Assembly: GCA_963753595.1 (NCBI GenBank)
Contig: CAVWCX010000033.1
Span: 1-64,000, forward strand
Direction of reading: 5' to 3'
Source of the DNA: Candidatus Methanoperedenaceae archaeon
GTDB taxonomy: Archaea; Halobacteriota; Methanosarcinia; Methanosarcinales; Methanoperedenaceae
DNA length: 64,000 bases
Shown one piece after another: positions 47,687 through 57,576 of this stretch. How positions within the stretch are numbered: position 1 is the stretch's first letter; each line of letters begins with the position of its first letter. The notes below the pieces were generated by a model. It made no database searches, was not told the origin of the DNA, and saw only the letters and a list, made by a program, of their open reading frames with translations. Both the position numbers and the translations under genes were made by a program.

Positions 47687-48858
47687 GAACCTTTTATATT
47701 ATTCCCAAAATCCTCATTCCCAAGGTTCTCGTCTACTTTTGTTCCATTTTTTACCCTGACTTCAGGCCATATCCTTACCATTGAATTTACTGTCACTTCA
47801 TCCCCGATAATAACTCTTGGACCGATAACGGTACCAGTTTCGAGTATGCAGGAATCCTTTACCTTTGTGGAATTATCGATAATAGCGCTGGAAACCGCAG
47901 TATTTGCGCCGATCTCGACATTATTGAAGATATACGAAGACAAAACCCTTGAATTGTTCCCGATCCTGCAGTTTGAGCCTATCGATGTGTAAGGGCCTAT
48001 CAGGACATTGTCACCAATAGTCGTGTTTTCCCCGATCACTATAGGGCCTACAATAGCCGAATTTGAACCCAGTGACACATCATGCCCTATTTCAATCGGC
48101 CCTGTTACTCTTGCATCCTTGATATTCAGGCGCCCTGAAATTTTTGTGCCGGGCATCTGTTCCAGCATCCATCTGCATGCTTCCCTGTAAGCCTGCGGAT
48201 TCCCGATATCCGTCCACCTGCCGTGCACAAGGAAACCATTGATGTTCTCGCCTTTTTTCATGATATCCGGGAAAAGGTCTTTTGCAAAATCATATTTCTT
48301 TTCAGGTATCCATTTCATTATTTCAGGATCGCAAACATAAATACCGGTACTTGCAAGATTACTGAATATCTCTCCTGGCCCCGGCTTTTCAAAGAACCTG
48401 TTGATCCTGTTATTTACATCAAGATCGGCTATACCATAATCGCGCGGGTCATCGATCGGGAGAAGACCTATTGTAACAAGTGAATCATTTTTTTCATGGA
48501 AACGTACAAATTCACGAAGTTCAAGATCCATTACATGATCGCCTCCCACTACCATGAAAGGCTCGCCTTCAAACAACTCCTCTGCGTTCTTTACTCCGCC
48601 TGCTGTTCCCAGTTTTTCTTTTTCATGGACGTATTCGACATGCACGCCGTACATACTCCCATCGCCAAGCGCGGCTTCAATTTCCCCCCCGAGATAGCCA
48701 AGTGTAAGCACGATATCATTAAAACCCTCTATTGCCAGGTGTTCCACAAGATGAACCAGGGATGGTTTGTTCAACAGTGGGATCATCGGCTTTGGCCGGT
48801 CAAAAGTAAGCGGACGAAGTCTTGTTCCTTCGCCTCCGCACATTATACATGTTTTCAT
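47683..48858 (-). CDS. NDP-sugar synthase (mannose-1-phosphate guanylyltransferase-like) with left-handed beta-helix
   Basis: [33 protein letters not shown], hexapeptide repeats. Confidence 0.92.
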   Translation of the reverse strand: MKTCIMCGGEGTRLRPLTFDRPKPMIPLLNKPSLVHLVEHLAIEGFNDIVLTLGYLGGEIEAALGDGSMYGVHVEYVHEKEKLGTAGGVKNAEELFEGEPFMVVGGDHVMDLELREFVRFHEKNDSLVTIGLLPIDDPRDYGIADLDVNNRINRFFEKPGPGEIFSNLASTGIYVCDPEIMKWIPEKKYDFAKDLFPDIMKKGENINGFLVHGRWTDIGNPQAYREACRWMLEQMPGTKISGRLNIKDARVTGPIEIGHDVSLGSNSAIVGPIVIGENTTIGDNVLIGPYTSIGSNCRIGNNSRVLSSYIFNNVEIGANTAVSSAIIDNSTKVKDSCILETGTVIGPRVIIGDEVTVNSMVRIWPEVRVKNGTKVDENLGNEDFGNNIKGS

Positions 48859-49011
48859 GAAAGCACCCGGCTAGCTATAGGCATTGGAGTTTATAAATAT
48901 AACGAAAAAGTAAATGATGAAAAAACATGGCGTCAATAAAGCTTCTGTCTTTATATTATTCTAATATCCTGCAACTTTTTACTGATTTTCCCTGAGCTGA
49001 TTTAATTTAAA

Positions 49012-49210
49012 CACCGCAAAGTTCGCAAAGAACGCAAAGCATAGCTGCAATAATCTTTGCGAACGTTGCGTTCTGGTATAAAAAAAAAATTAACAACTAA
49101 CTCTGACGAACTGAAACGAACTCACGCACCGGAGTTCGTTTGTGTTCGTTTTAGTTCGTTGTTTTTTCAGGTTCATTTATGAACCACAGTTGATGGCCGA
49201 CTTTGCGATG
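49012..49210 (+). repeat. Composite element: GCAAAG periodic palindrome interrupted by a CGAACT-type element
   Basis: caccgcaaagttcgcaaagaacgcaaag...ctttgcgaacgttgcg[ctggtat...atgaaccacagttgatggccga]ctttgcg; the insert closely matches 54650-54775. Confidence 0.8.
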
Positions 49211-49243
49211 AGAACTTTATGATTCCATGGATGAAAAAAAAAA

Positions 49244-49786
49244 TTATTTGCAGCCGCAACAAGAATTATTATTTCTCAATGAGCTGCATCCGGCGCTTCC
49301 ATCTTTTTCCGGGTTCTCATTATTTAAGTGTTCCCTGACCACTGTTTCTGCTACTTCCCGCGCGTGTTCTTTGATTTCATCCTCAGGGAATTCATCTATT
49401 CCGAAAGCATCATTGTCAGTGTCGTAAAGCATATCGGCCTGGACTATTACAGGAATAAGACCGGGCAGCACGCCTTTCATCATCCTTGAAGAGCAGGATA
49501 TGAAACAACCCTCAATGGCAATTACTTTATCAGCACGCTTTACCAGGTTTCTCTGCCCCGTATCCTTCGTGAAGGCGCCGCCAAGACATATCCTGACAGT
49601 GTTTTCCCGCGCGAGCTTATGCGCGATCAGGTTTGCGGCTATTCTTGCTATCTCGCCCCTGGCGCATGCTCCCTCACATGCCATGACCGCTATCTTTGGC
49701 GGGTCTGTCGAGTGTTTTTGGGCATAATCCTCACATGCCGGGCAGGATTTTTCAACTTTTTCGATCTTTATTGTTTCATAATTCAT
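49244..49786 (-). CDS. Putative zinc-binding (DGC domain) protein
   Basis: CPAC, ACEGACARGEIAR, RICLGG, AIEGC..CSSR. Confidence 0.85.
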   Translation of the reverse strand: MNYETIKIEKVEKSCPACEDYAQKHSTDPPKIAVMACEGACARGEIARIAANLIAHKLARENTVRICLGGAFTKDTGQRNLVKRADKVIAIEGCFISCSSRMMKGVLPGLIPVIVQADMLYDTDNDAFGIDEFPEDEIKEHAREVAETVVREHLNNENPEKDGSAGCSSLRNNNSCCGCK

Positions 49787-50157
49787 GTTTTGCACTCTTA
49801 TGGTTGAAACCATTTCCTGAGAATATATAGTATAAATCCGGATATCAAGATAAATTGAAATTAGGACAGCGCTTCAATTTGTGTTGGGGGTTTGGTCAAT
49901 GTGCAACATTCTTTTAATTATATATATACTATTATATATAAATATATAATAATGAGTTGAATTTGTAAAAGTGTAAAATAATGTAATATGTTATTTCCTG
50001 ATATTATCCTTTTGACTAAGATTCGGATATATCCGATCACAAATTTGATTATGATTATTTTACCGAATACTCTCATAGAAGCTTTTTAATATTGAAAACA
50101 CTATTATAATAAATCGAAAAAGTTATAATATGATATGCTTTTATAAGAGAAAATATT

Positions 50158-51096
50158 ATGGATTTTGATGAAGAAAGCAAGAATTTGAGAGAAACTTTCT
50201 GGATGATGTTTATCTTCGCACTTCTTATTAATTTAATTGCAGGGATAGTTATAAAAATTTTTGAAGCATTAACCCCTGAAACACTGAAAAGTGTTTGTGT
50301 TTTAATAGTATTAATGATGATATTATTAGTATTTACAATTGCAATTATATATTTAATTCTGAAAAAGAATATCGAAGACAAAGGCGATATTGTAGTGTGT
50401 CTCACCCATAATAAGAAAGATAACAATTTTGTTTCATTCAAAAATTATTTTCCATCTACAGATCTACATCGAGAAATATTAATTCTGGTGAAAAACGATT
50501 TTAATTATAATTCAGATTTGATGGATCTAAAAAATAAATCTATTGATGAAATATTTCAGTACCTTATTTTATATTTGTTGAATAGAATGCATACTAGATG
50601 GGATTTAACATCAAAAATATACTCCTCTGAAAATATAAGAAATAATAAAAAGGCATTTGAATGTGTCAATCCATTCGATATAGATGGGTTTAAATCAAAT
50701 AGCTTTGTAAAAGAAGATGAATGGTTGCATAATACAAAAATTTGTCTTTTCAAAAAAGTCAAAATCGAATTTGGAATTAGAAGTCTGGTTTTTCGTAACA
50801 AAGGAATAAAATTGAAAATAAGCTGGCACCCGGCTGCAACCAGCGACCTATTTTTTAAAATACTCGATCCTAAATATTTTATGACCTATAAATTTATTGT
50901 CTCCTATAAATTAAATGTTTCTCCACAAGCCATATTACCTTTATCCATATCTTCTACTACTCCAACATCTAAATTTTATAACTGGTGTAAGGAAGTTATA
51001 GAACGTGGAAAAAATGAACTTGATTGGAATTTATATACGGAAAAAATCCGAAGTGAGAGTATCTTACTGGAATATCCTATAGAAAGCCAAATATAA
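50158..51096 (+). CDS. Hypothetical protein with two N-terminal TM helices (AT-rich ORFan)
   Basis: 312-aa ORF in very AT-rich DNA; no recognised motif. Confidence 0.7.
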   Translation: MDFDEESKNLRETFWMMFIFALLINLIAGIVIKIFEALTPETLKSVCVLIVLMMILLVFTIAIIYLILKKNIEDKGDIVVCLTHNKKDNNFVSFKNYFPSTDLHREILILVKNDFNYNSDLMDLKNKSIDEIFQYLILYLLNRMHTRWDLTSKIYSSENIRNNKKAFECVNPFDIDGFKSNSFVKEDEWLHNTKICLFKKVKIEFGIRSLVFRNKGIKLKISWHPAATSDLFFKILDPKYFMTYKFIVSYKLNVSPQAILPLSISSTTPTSKFYNWCKEVIERGKNELDWNLYTEKIRSESILLEYPIESQI

Positions 51097-51119
51097 AATG
51101 GAATAAGGAGGTATCTTTT

Positions 51120-51238
51120 GGAGACGTTGTTGAATTGTTCTTAGCTTAATAATAAACAAACCTGACCAAGACATACGGATTTTTTGAAGACAATTTTAAT
51201 TTTTGTTGGTAGTTTTGTCAAAGTGTAACACTTCTTAC
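51120..51238 (+). repeat. Dispersed direct repeat (copy at 52080-52149; partial copy of its distal part at 49876-49915)
   Basis: ggaga.gttgt..aattgttcttag.ttaataataaacaaac...ggattttttgaa shared between 51120 and 52080. Confidence 0.8.
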
Positions 51239-51261
51239 TCTTATGAAAATATCTGAGATAT

Positions 51262-51912
51262 TTAAGGCTTCTGCCCCTCAATAAATCCCACCATATCAAT
51301 CAATTTTGCTTTCGTATAGAAGTGGTCGGTCTCCATGCCCGTGATAAAATCAATTGTCTTAATTCTATGTGTATCAAATTCTTCTTTGTTAGCCTGATAG
51401 AAATCTGAAATTTTTCGCAATAATGAATCGTTAAAATTTTTATTGACATCAAATCCTTTGCAGAAATAACGATCTAAGGCTGGGACATTGCCGAATACTC
51501 CGAGCATTGTCTTTGTAACTAACGTAGGAGATGCATTTTTGCCGAGACAACCAGAAATCTGTTTATAGATTTCACGCAACAATAAAATATTCTCCTCTGA
51601 GTAATCTAGATCAATCTCCCAATAAATTTTTGGCATTTTGGCGATAGCAGATATTAGTTCTTCATAATGCTTTACACTTTTCTGACGTAGAAAATCACCT
51701 CTCAGCATTCCCCAACTGGCAAGAAAAAAGCCAATTTGCAAGCAACTTAACTGAATATTAGTATAGTTGGCGATAGCCTCAATATTTCCATTCTCATAAA
51801 ATTCACGGAAATAATTATAGCAGTAATCAAAAGATGAATATCTCTTATCGGATGAACGATCTTTCAAAAAAGCCTCTATGTTGTCACTGATATTCATTTT
51901 TCTCGAAGTCAT
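51262..51912 (-). CDS. Conserved hypothetical protein (LASWGMxRG family)
   Basis: RYSSFDYCYNYF, GFFLASWGMLRG, TLVTKTMLGVFGNVPALDRYF, TKAKLIDMVGF. Confidence 0.75.
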   Translation of the reverse strand: MTSRKMNISDNIEAFLKDRSSDKRYSSFDYCYNYFREFYENGNIEAIANYTNIQLSCLQIGFFLASWGMLRGDFLRQKSVKHYEELISAIAKMPKIYWEIDLDYSEENILLLREIYKQISGCLGKNASPTLVTKTMLGVFGNVPALDRYFCKGFDVNKNFNDSLLRKISDFYQANKEEFDTHRIKTIDFITGMETDHFYTKAKLIDMVGFIEGQKP

Positions 51913-52079
51913 TCTGCATTATTCACTCTATATGAACTTAAGTTTTTGCTAATAAAATTCCATCTCGTAATATTGATGGTCATTATTGTATATGATATCA
52001 ATTATTGTATAATAGCCGAGCCGATGGAAAGATGTTTGAGAGTGTCACGACAAGGAACGACCCGAAAAAAAGGTTATAT

Positions 52080-52149
52080 GGAGAGGTTGTCTAATTGTTC
52101 TTAGTTTAATAATAAACAAACACGACCTTGATGCAAAGGATTTTTTGAA
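52080..52149 (+). repeat. Dispersed direct repeat, second copy
   Basis: Same core as 51120-51189, 960 bp downstream. Confidence 0.8.
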
Positions 52150-52469
52150 TAACCCTTATATTTTATTTGTCCCTGGTTTTGGAATTATGATACTACACTA
52201 ATAATAATCCTTCCGCTTCACTTTCGGCTTTATTCTATATTAGCCAGGGCGCGCCGCACAAGCGCGGACGCGCTCAGGAAGATCATCAGAAATCCCTAAT
52301 AACATAAAGGCATTTTGAATGTAATCATTTTATATGATGGGTGATGAGCGCCGCACTAAGCACGCCTCCCAATGGGTTCGGGCATTGCCGAATCCGCCTG
52401 CGGGTGCGTACTTACTGCGGGAGGCTGAGCGACAGTCCTGCGCCGGATGCTCGGACAGTCGCGTTTTAA

Positions 52470-52642
52470 GAGCTTGTCTGAATATTTATTTTGGACAGGA
52501 TTTACAGGATGGACAGGATTAATTTCCATCCTGTAAATCCTGTAATCCTGTCCAAAAATGCCTCTGAATACTCACTCATAACCAATTATGTGCATCGAAT
52601 CGGTGTGAAAACCAAATGTAGGTCAAATTTTCAGACAAGCTC
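52470..52642. mobile_element. MITE with IS5-family (IS1031-like) ends
   Basis: Perfect 13-bp TIR GAGCTTGTCTGAA / TTCAGACAAGCTC, TAA on both flanks (52467-52469, 52643-52645); internal ACAGGAT/ATCCTGT periodic palindrome. Confidence 0.88.
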
Positions 52643-53100
52643 TAAGTGATTTCTCACGCTGTCCCTTTTCACTAAAGAGGTGCGCAAAACAACTATCGTC
52701 CTTTCGTTCACGCAAAAAGAAATCCGTCACCTGTAGACAATAAAACTCAGGGAGGTGGCAAAGGAAAATCAGCGCGCTTGGATTGAGCAAGAGGGAATAT
52801 CATCATGTGAATGTTTAAACTTTAGAACATGTTAAAGATATATACACTAAATATTGATATAAATCTGCATTTCCCTAAAAACAGGTAATATTCCCTTGAA
52901 TCGGGTTTAATTCTCTGAAAATAGGAACTTATAACCGCACAGCCCAAGCGCGAAGTGGCGCAAAAAAATGTAAGTGAGAATATATAGCACAAGTTATTTT
53001 ATCCATGTAAACCTATACAATCGACAAAACTCTCTCTCCCAATTGAACCTGTCTGGAAATTAAGGAAAATATTTATCCGATAACGACTTTCACTCAGCTC

Positions 53101-53463
53101 ATGCAAATACGCAGATGCTGCCCGGCTGATTGTGCTATCAGGACTGACTGGGAAACAGAACTAAAAGAAGAAAAGGATTTTTTAGATGGAACTAATTTCA
53201 AAGAAGCAAGCAGCTTATTAAAACTCCTGGGTTCCCCGTTGAGGCTAAAAATTGCATTAATGCTGCTTAACAGGGACCACTGCGTATGTGAAATAATATA
53301 CCAGCTGGATGAAAAACAGAATCTTGTGTCACATAATCTGGGAATACTCAAAAGAAGTAAAATAATAGATTCGTATTATCGCTCCAAACATAAATATTAT
53401 AAACTGGATGAGAAAGGGTTTAAATTAATAAAATATATCAAAGAGAACATGATGAAAAACTAA
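53101..53463 (+). CDS. ArsR/SmtB family metalloregulator
   Basis: N-terminal CCPADC, LGSPLRLKI, HCVCEI, QNLVSHNLGILK. Confidence 0.9.
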   Translation: MQIRRCCPADCAIRTDWETELKEEKDFLDGTNFKEASSLLKLLGSPLRLKIALMLLNRDHCVCEIIYQLDEKQNLVSHNLGILKRSKIIDSYYRSKHKYYKLDEKGFKLIKYIKENMMKN

Positions 53464-54537
53464 ATGGGTGATATAATGGATGTACAGGTTATAAAAACAC
53501 AGCACAGCAGGGTAAATGAAACAGATTTTGAGAATCTGGGATTTGGAGAGGTTTTTTCAGACCACATGTTAAGTATGGATTACAAGAATGGTGAGTGGAC
53601 ATCACCGCAAATTATCCCTTTTGGCAAGATCGGGATATTTCCTTCAATGTGTTCACTGCATTATGGACAGGTAGTTTTTGAAGGTTTAAAGGCGTTTAAA
53701 ACAAAAAAAGGGATCCATGTATTCCGCCCGGGGAAATATCATGAGCGTCTGAATAAGTCATGCCAGAGGCTCTGTATCCCTGAGATCGGATATGAGACCT
53801 TTATTGAAGCATTAACAGAACTCCTGAAACTTGACCAAAAATGGATCAGTGGAAAAAAGGGCATCTCACTGTACATCCGTCCATTTATATTTGCTACAGA
53901 CGATTTTCTCGGGGTCAAAATATCTAAAACCTACAAGTTTATGATAATAACCTCGCCTGTCGGGGCTTATTATGCAGAAGGTTTTAATCCCATCAGGCTG
54001 GTAACATCAGGGAAATATGTCCGCGCAGCTAAAGGGGGGCTGGGTGCTGCCAAAACACCGGCAAACTATGCTGCAAGCCTGCTGCCTGCCGAAGAGGCAA
54101 AACATAATGGTTTCTCGCAGGTTTTATGGCTTGACAGTATCGAAGGGAAATATGTTGAGGAAAGCGGAGCTATGAACGTATTTTTCCTTATAGGGGATGA
54201 ACTGGTCACTCCTTCCCTGGAAAGCTGTATACTTGATGGAGTGACACGAAATACAGTGATACATCTGGCAAAAGAATCAGGAATCCATGTTACTGAGCGA
54301 AGAATATCGATCGATGAAGTAATATCAGCATCTAATGAGGGAAGATTGAAAGAGGTTTTCGGGACCGGAACTGCGGCTGTTATCTCACCGGTCGGCGCGA
54401 TCCAGCATAACGATATTCTGATGTCCATAAATGATGGAAAGACCGGCGCATTAGCACAGAAGTTATATGATGAAATAACCGGCATCCATTATGGAGAAAG
54501 AGAAAATGATTTCGGATGGTGTCATTGGATCACATGA
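53464..54537 (+). CDS. ilvE: Branched-chain amino acid aminotransferase (bacterial/eukaryotic-type)
   Basis: FGEVFSDHML, LHYGQVVFEGLKA, LYIRPF, AKTPANYAASL, EESGAMN, ILDGVTR, FGTGTAAVISP. Confidence 0.95.
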   Translation: MGDIMDVQVIKTQHSRVNETDFENLGFGEVFSDHMLSMDYKNGEWTSPQIIPFGKIGIFPSMCSLHYGQVVFEGLKAFKTKKGIHVFRPGKYHERLNKSCQRLCIPEIGYETFIEALTELLKLDQKWISGKKGISLYIRPFIFATDDFLGVKISKTYKFMIITSPVGAYYAEGFNPIRLVTSGKYVRAAKGGLGAAKTPANYAASLLPAEEAKHNGFSQVLWLDSIEGKYVEESGAMNVFFLIGDELVTPSLESCILDGVTRNTVIHLAKESGIHVTERRISIDEVISASNEGRLKEVFGTGTAAVISPVGAIQHNDILMSINDGKTGALAQKLYDEITGIHYGERENDFGWCHWIT

Positions 54538-54604
54538 AAACACCGTGACGAATTTGTCTCCTGAAGCGGACTGACAAATCAACCTGTAAAATATCTGAAA
54601 AATC

Positions 54605-54851
54605 GTGGGTGTAAAATCTCGCAAAGAGTAACTTTGCGCTCTTTGCGTACTGGTATGAAAAAAATAAACAACTAACTCTTACGAACTTAAACGAACTCAC
54701 GCTACCGGAGTTCGTAACATTCGTTTAGTTCGCTATTTTTTTCATGTTCATTTATGAACCACAGTTAATGGCCGACTTTGCGGTGCACGATTTTTCACCG
54801 CAAAGGGCGCAAAGCACGCAAAGGCTCAACACCAGACTTTTTGACAGCCCC
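54605..54851. mobile_element. Composite MITE-like element with degenerate IS-like ends, GCAAAG palindromes and a nested CGAACT-type element
   Basis: 8-bp direct repeat GAAAAATC at 54597-54604 and 54852-54859; right end TTTTTGACAGCCCC, degenerate left end GTGGGTGTAAAA. Confidence 0.65.
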
Positions 54852-54948
54852 GAAAAATCAAAAGAATTGTAACATAAGATAGTATTTAATAGAATAAACC
54901 CTAAAATGTCATTACAGCAATCTATTATAAAAAAATGGAGTGAAATAT

Positions 54949-56139
54949 ATGGCAGTGGAATTAAAAGAAGGCGTTTACTGGGTTGGAGTTGTTGACTGGA
55001 ATATCAAGCAGTTTCACGGACACGAATATTCAACACACCGTGGCACGACCTATAACGCATACCTTATAATCGATGAAAAAGTCGCTCTCGTGGACACGGT
55101 CTGGAGTCCTTTTTCACAAGAGATGATACAGAACATTGGGAAGATCATCGATGTAAAGAAGATCGATTACGTGATCGCAAACCATGCCGAGGTTGACCAT
55201 TCGGGGGGGCTTCCTGAATTAATGAAACTTATCCCGAATGCTACTGTTGTTGTTTCAGAAAAAGGAAGGGAAAGTATTCCCAGACATTATCACGAAGATT
55301 GGAATTTCAAGGTCGTAAAGACAGGTGACAGCATAAGCCTGGGGAAAAACAATCTCGTTTTCGTAGCAGCGCCAATGCTTCACTGGCCAGACAGCATGTT
55401 CACATATCTTACAGGTAAAAATATCCTTATGCCAAACGATGCTTTCGGCATGCATTTTGCATCTTCTTCCCGTTTTAATGATGAAGTTGACGAAATAGAA
55501 GTGTACCAGGAAGCAATAAAATTCTATGCAAATATCCTCACGCCTTTTAGCGACCTTGTTATAAGGAAAATAGATGAATTCAAGAAACTGAATATACCTG
55601 TGGATATAATAGCGCCAAGCCATGGGATAATATGGAGAAAAGACCCTCTGCAGATAGTGAATAAATATTATGAATGGGCGCAGGGAAAGAACGATGGCTC
55701 AGTCGTGATCATATATGATACAATGTGGAAAGCCACAGAAAAAATGGGGCAGGCTATCGGTGATGGACTTGAAAAGGAAGGAGTGAAATATAAATTATTC
55801 AATATGGCAGTATGCGACAGGAACGATGTGCTTACAGAGGTTTTTAAGACAAAAGGTATCATTATCGGTTCACCAGCATTGAATAATGGTCTTTTGCCGA
55901 CTATTAAGCCAATACTTGAAGACCTTAAGGGATTGAAGTTCAAGAATAAAGTTGGCGCAGCTTTCGGGTCATACGGCTGGAGCGGCGAAAACGTCAAGCA
56001 TATTGAGGAAACGCTGGAAAAAGCTAAAATAAAGATCCTCCAGGAAGGTATAAAATTCAAATGGCAGCCTTCGGCAGAGGAACTTGATAAATGCGTGGAA
56101 TTCGGAAGGCAGTTCGCGCAAAAAATGAAAGCTGGATAG
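54949..56139 (+). CDS. fprA: Flavodiiron protein (FprA, O2/NO reductase family)
   Basis: GTTYNAYL, NHAEVDHSG, PMLHWPDSM, NDAFG, APSHG, flavodoxin AFGSYGWSG. Confidence 0.95.
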   Translation: MAVELKEGVYWVGVVDWNIKQFHGHEYSTHRGTTYNAYLIIDEKVALVDTVWSPFSQEMIQNIGKIIDVKKIDYVIANHAEVDHSGGLPELMKLIPNATVVVSEKGRESIPRHYHEDWNFKVVKTGDSISLGKNNLVFVAAPMLHWPDSMFTYLTGKNILMPNDAFGMHFASSSRFNDEVDEIEVYQEAIKFYANILTPFSDLVIRKIDEFKKLNIPVDIIAPSHGIIWRKDPLQIVNKYYEWAQGKNDGSVVIIYDTMWKATEKMGQAIGDGLEKEGVKYKLFNMAVCDRNDVLTEVFKTKGIIIGSPALNNGLLPTIKPILEDLKGLKFKNKVGAAFGSYGWSGENVKHIEETLEKAKIKILQEGIKFKWQPSAEELDKCVEFGRQFAQKMKAG

Positions 56140-56145
56140 AATCGA

Positions 56146-57111
56146 TCATTCAAAAGGGTTGCCGACACTTGCGAATAATGCCATGATGCGGATACGTCCG
56201 GTCATGGTATCATCCACATTGGCGCCCCAGATTATTCTTTTTGTACCTGGCACCTCTTTTGCCATTAATTCACCAACATGTGCCACTTCTTCAAGCGTCA
56301 GGTCCTGCCCGCCGCTGATGTGGATCAGCAGACCATGTGAAGATGCAAGATCAGGAATATCCAGAAGAGGAGATGAGACTGCTTTTAATACTGCTTTTTT
56401 CACACGATCCGGACCTTCTGATTCCCCGATCCCGAATGAAGAAATGCCTCCCTTTTCAAGCACCGCTTTTAAGTCTGCAAAATCAAGGTTCATAAGGCTT
56501 GGGAGGGTGATGGTTTCTGTAATACTTTTGATGAATGCTCCTATTAATGAATTTGCCACAGCAAAAGCCGCCTTAAGAGGCAGGTTACCTGCCACTTGCC
56601 TGAGTTTTGTGTTATCTATCAAAACGACAGAATCACATGTTTCGCAAAGAGCAACTATTGCTTTTTTAGCGTATTCACGTCTTAGTGACTCAATTTCAAA
56701 AGGCATTGTAAGGCAGGCTATTGTAAGTGCGCCCATGGAACGTGAAATTTCAGCAACAACAGGAGCGCAGCCTGTACCAGTCCCGCCCCCAAGACCTGCA
56801 ACTATAAATACGATATTTGCTTCTCCGAGTTCATTTCGTATCTCTTGCGAACTCTCACGAGCACATTCTGCTCCCACTTCCGGGAATCCGCCGCATCCTT
56901 TGCCTTTGCTTCGTTCTTTTCCGATAAGGAGTAATTTGTCAGCCTTCTGGAGGATCAGGTGACTTATATCAGAATTTGCCGCGATGGTTTTTGCACCCGC
57001 AATGTTTTTTTCTGACAGGAAGGTTATGATATTGTTCCCGGCCCCACCAAGGCCAATAACAGATACCGATGGTTTTGATGCTTTGATTATTTCGGTAAAT
57101 TCTGAATTCAT
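56146..57111 (-). CDS. ftsZ: FtsZ family tubulin-like GTPase (short paralog without C-terminal tail)
   Basis: GLGGAGNN, AGLGGGTGTG, PF..E, IDN, T7 loop NLDFADL, IIWGA. Confidence 0.9.
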   Translation of the reverse strand: MNSEFTEIIKASKPSVSVIGLGGAGNNIITFLSEKNIAGAKTIAANSDISHLILQKADKLLLIGKERSKGKGCGGFPEVGAECARESSQEIRNELGEANIVFIVAGLGGGTGTGCAPVVAEISRSMGALTIACLTMPFEIESLRREYAKKAIVALCETCDSVVLIDNTKLRQVAGNLPLKAAFAVANSLIGAFIKSITETITLPSLMNLDFADLKAVLEKGGISSFGIGESEGPDRVKKAVLKAVSSPLLDIPDLASSHGLLIHISGGQDLTLEEVAHVGELMAKEVPGTKRIIWGANVDDTMTGRIRIMALFASVGNPFE

Positions 57112-57213
57112 TATAAGCGTTTAATATGGTCTATTTGATATAAATATATTTTCAATATAATGACTCAACTTCATGATGAACATATTAAATATGTTCAAGG
57201 AAGATATGATATT

Positions 57214-57564
57214 ATGAAACGATTAATTATCATTTTTTTAATATCAATTTATTTCACCGGCTGTGTGGAACAAAGCCGGGATGAACCGATCATCTATGAT
57301 AATTCTGTCATCCCCGAATATTCACCTGTTGTGGACATAGCTAAACAGGACCTTTCTGAACTATTGAATATTCCTGTTGAAAATATCCAGTTAGTTAAAG
57401 CAGAAGCGGTCGAGTGGCCGGATACCAGTCTTGGCTATCCGGAAAAAGGCATGATGTATGCTCAGGTAATTACACCCGGCTTTAAGATCATCTTAAAAGC
57501 AGGAGATAAAATATACGAATACCACAGCGATTATAAAAGAGTAGCAGGACCCGGAGAAATATAA
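57214..57564 (+). CDS. Putative lipoprotein
   Basis: MKRLIIIFLISIYFTGC lipobox; AKQDLS, WPDTSLG.P..G.MYAQVITPG, YEYHSD. Confidence 0.8.
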   Translation: MKRLIIIFLISIYFTGCVEQSRDEPIIYDNSVIPEYSPVVDIAKQDLSELLNIPVENIQLVKAEAVEWPDTSLGYPEKGMMYAQVITPGFKIILKAGDKIYEYHSDYKRVAGPGEI

Positions 57565-57576
57565 TATCTTAATATC

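Noticed and set aside
49012-54851. CRISPR array in the short periodic repeats
   Set aside because: Units are 9-10 nt arranged as inverted arms with no unique spacers; no cas genes
56159-56962. Long antisense ORFs (also 8783-9412, 11030-11677, 38414-38971, 39704-40342)
   Set aside because: Shadows on the opposite strand of well-supported genes, with no recognisable motifs
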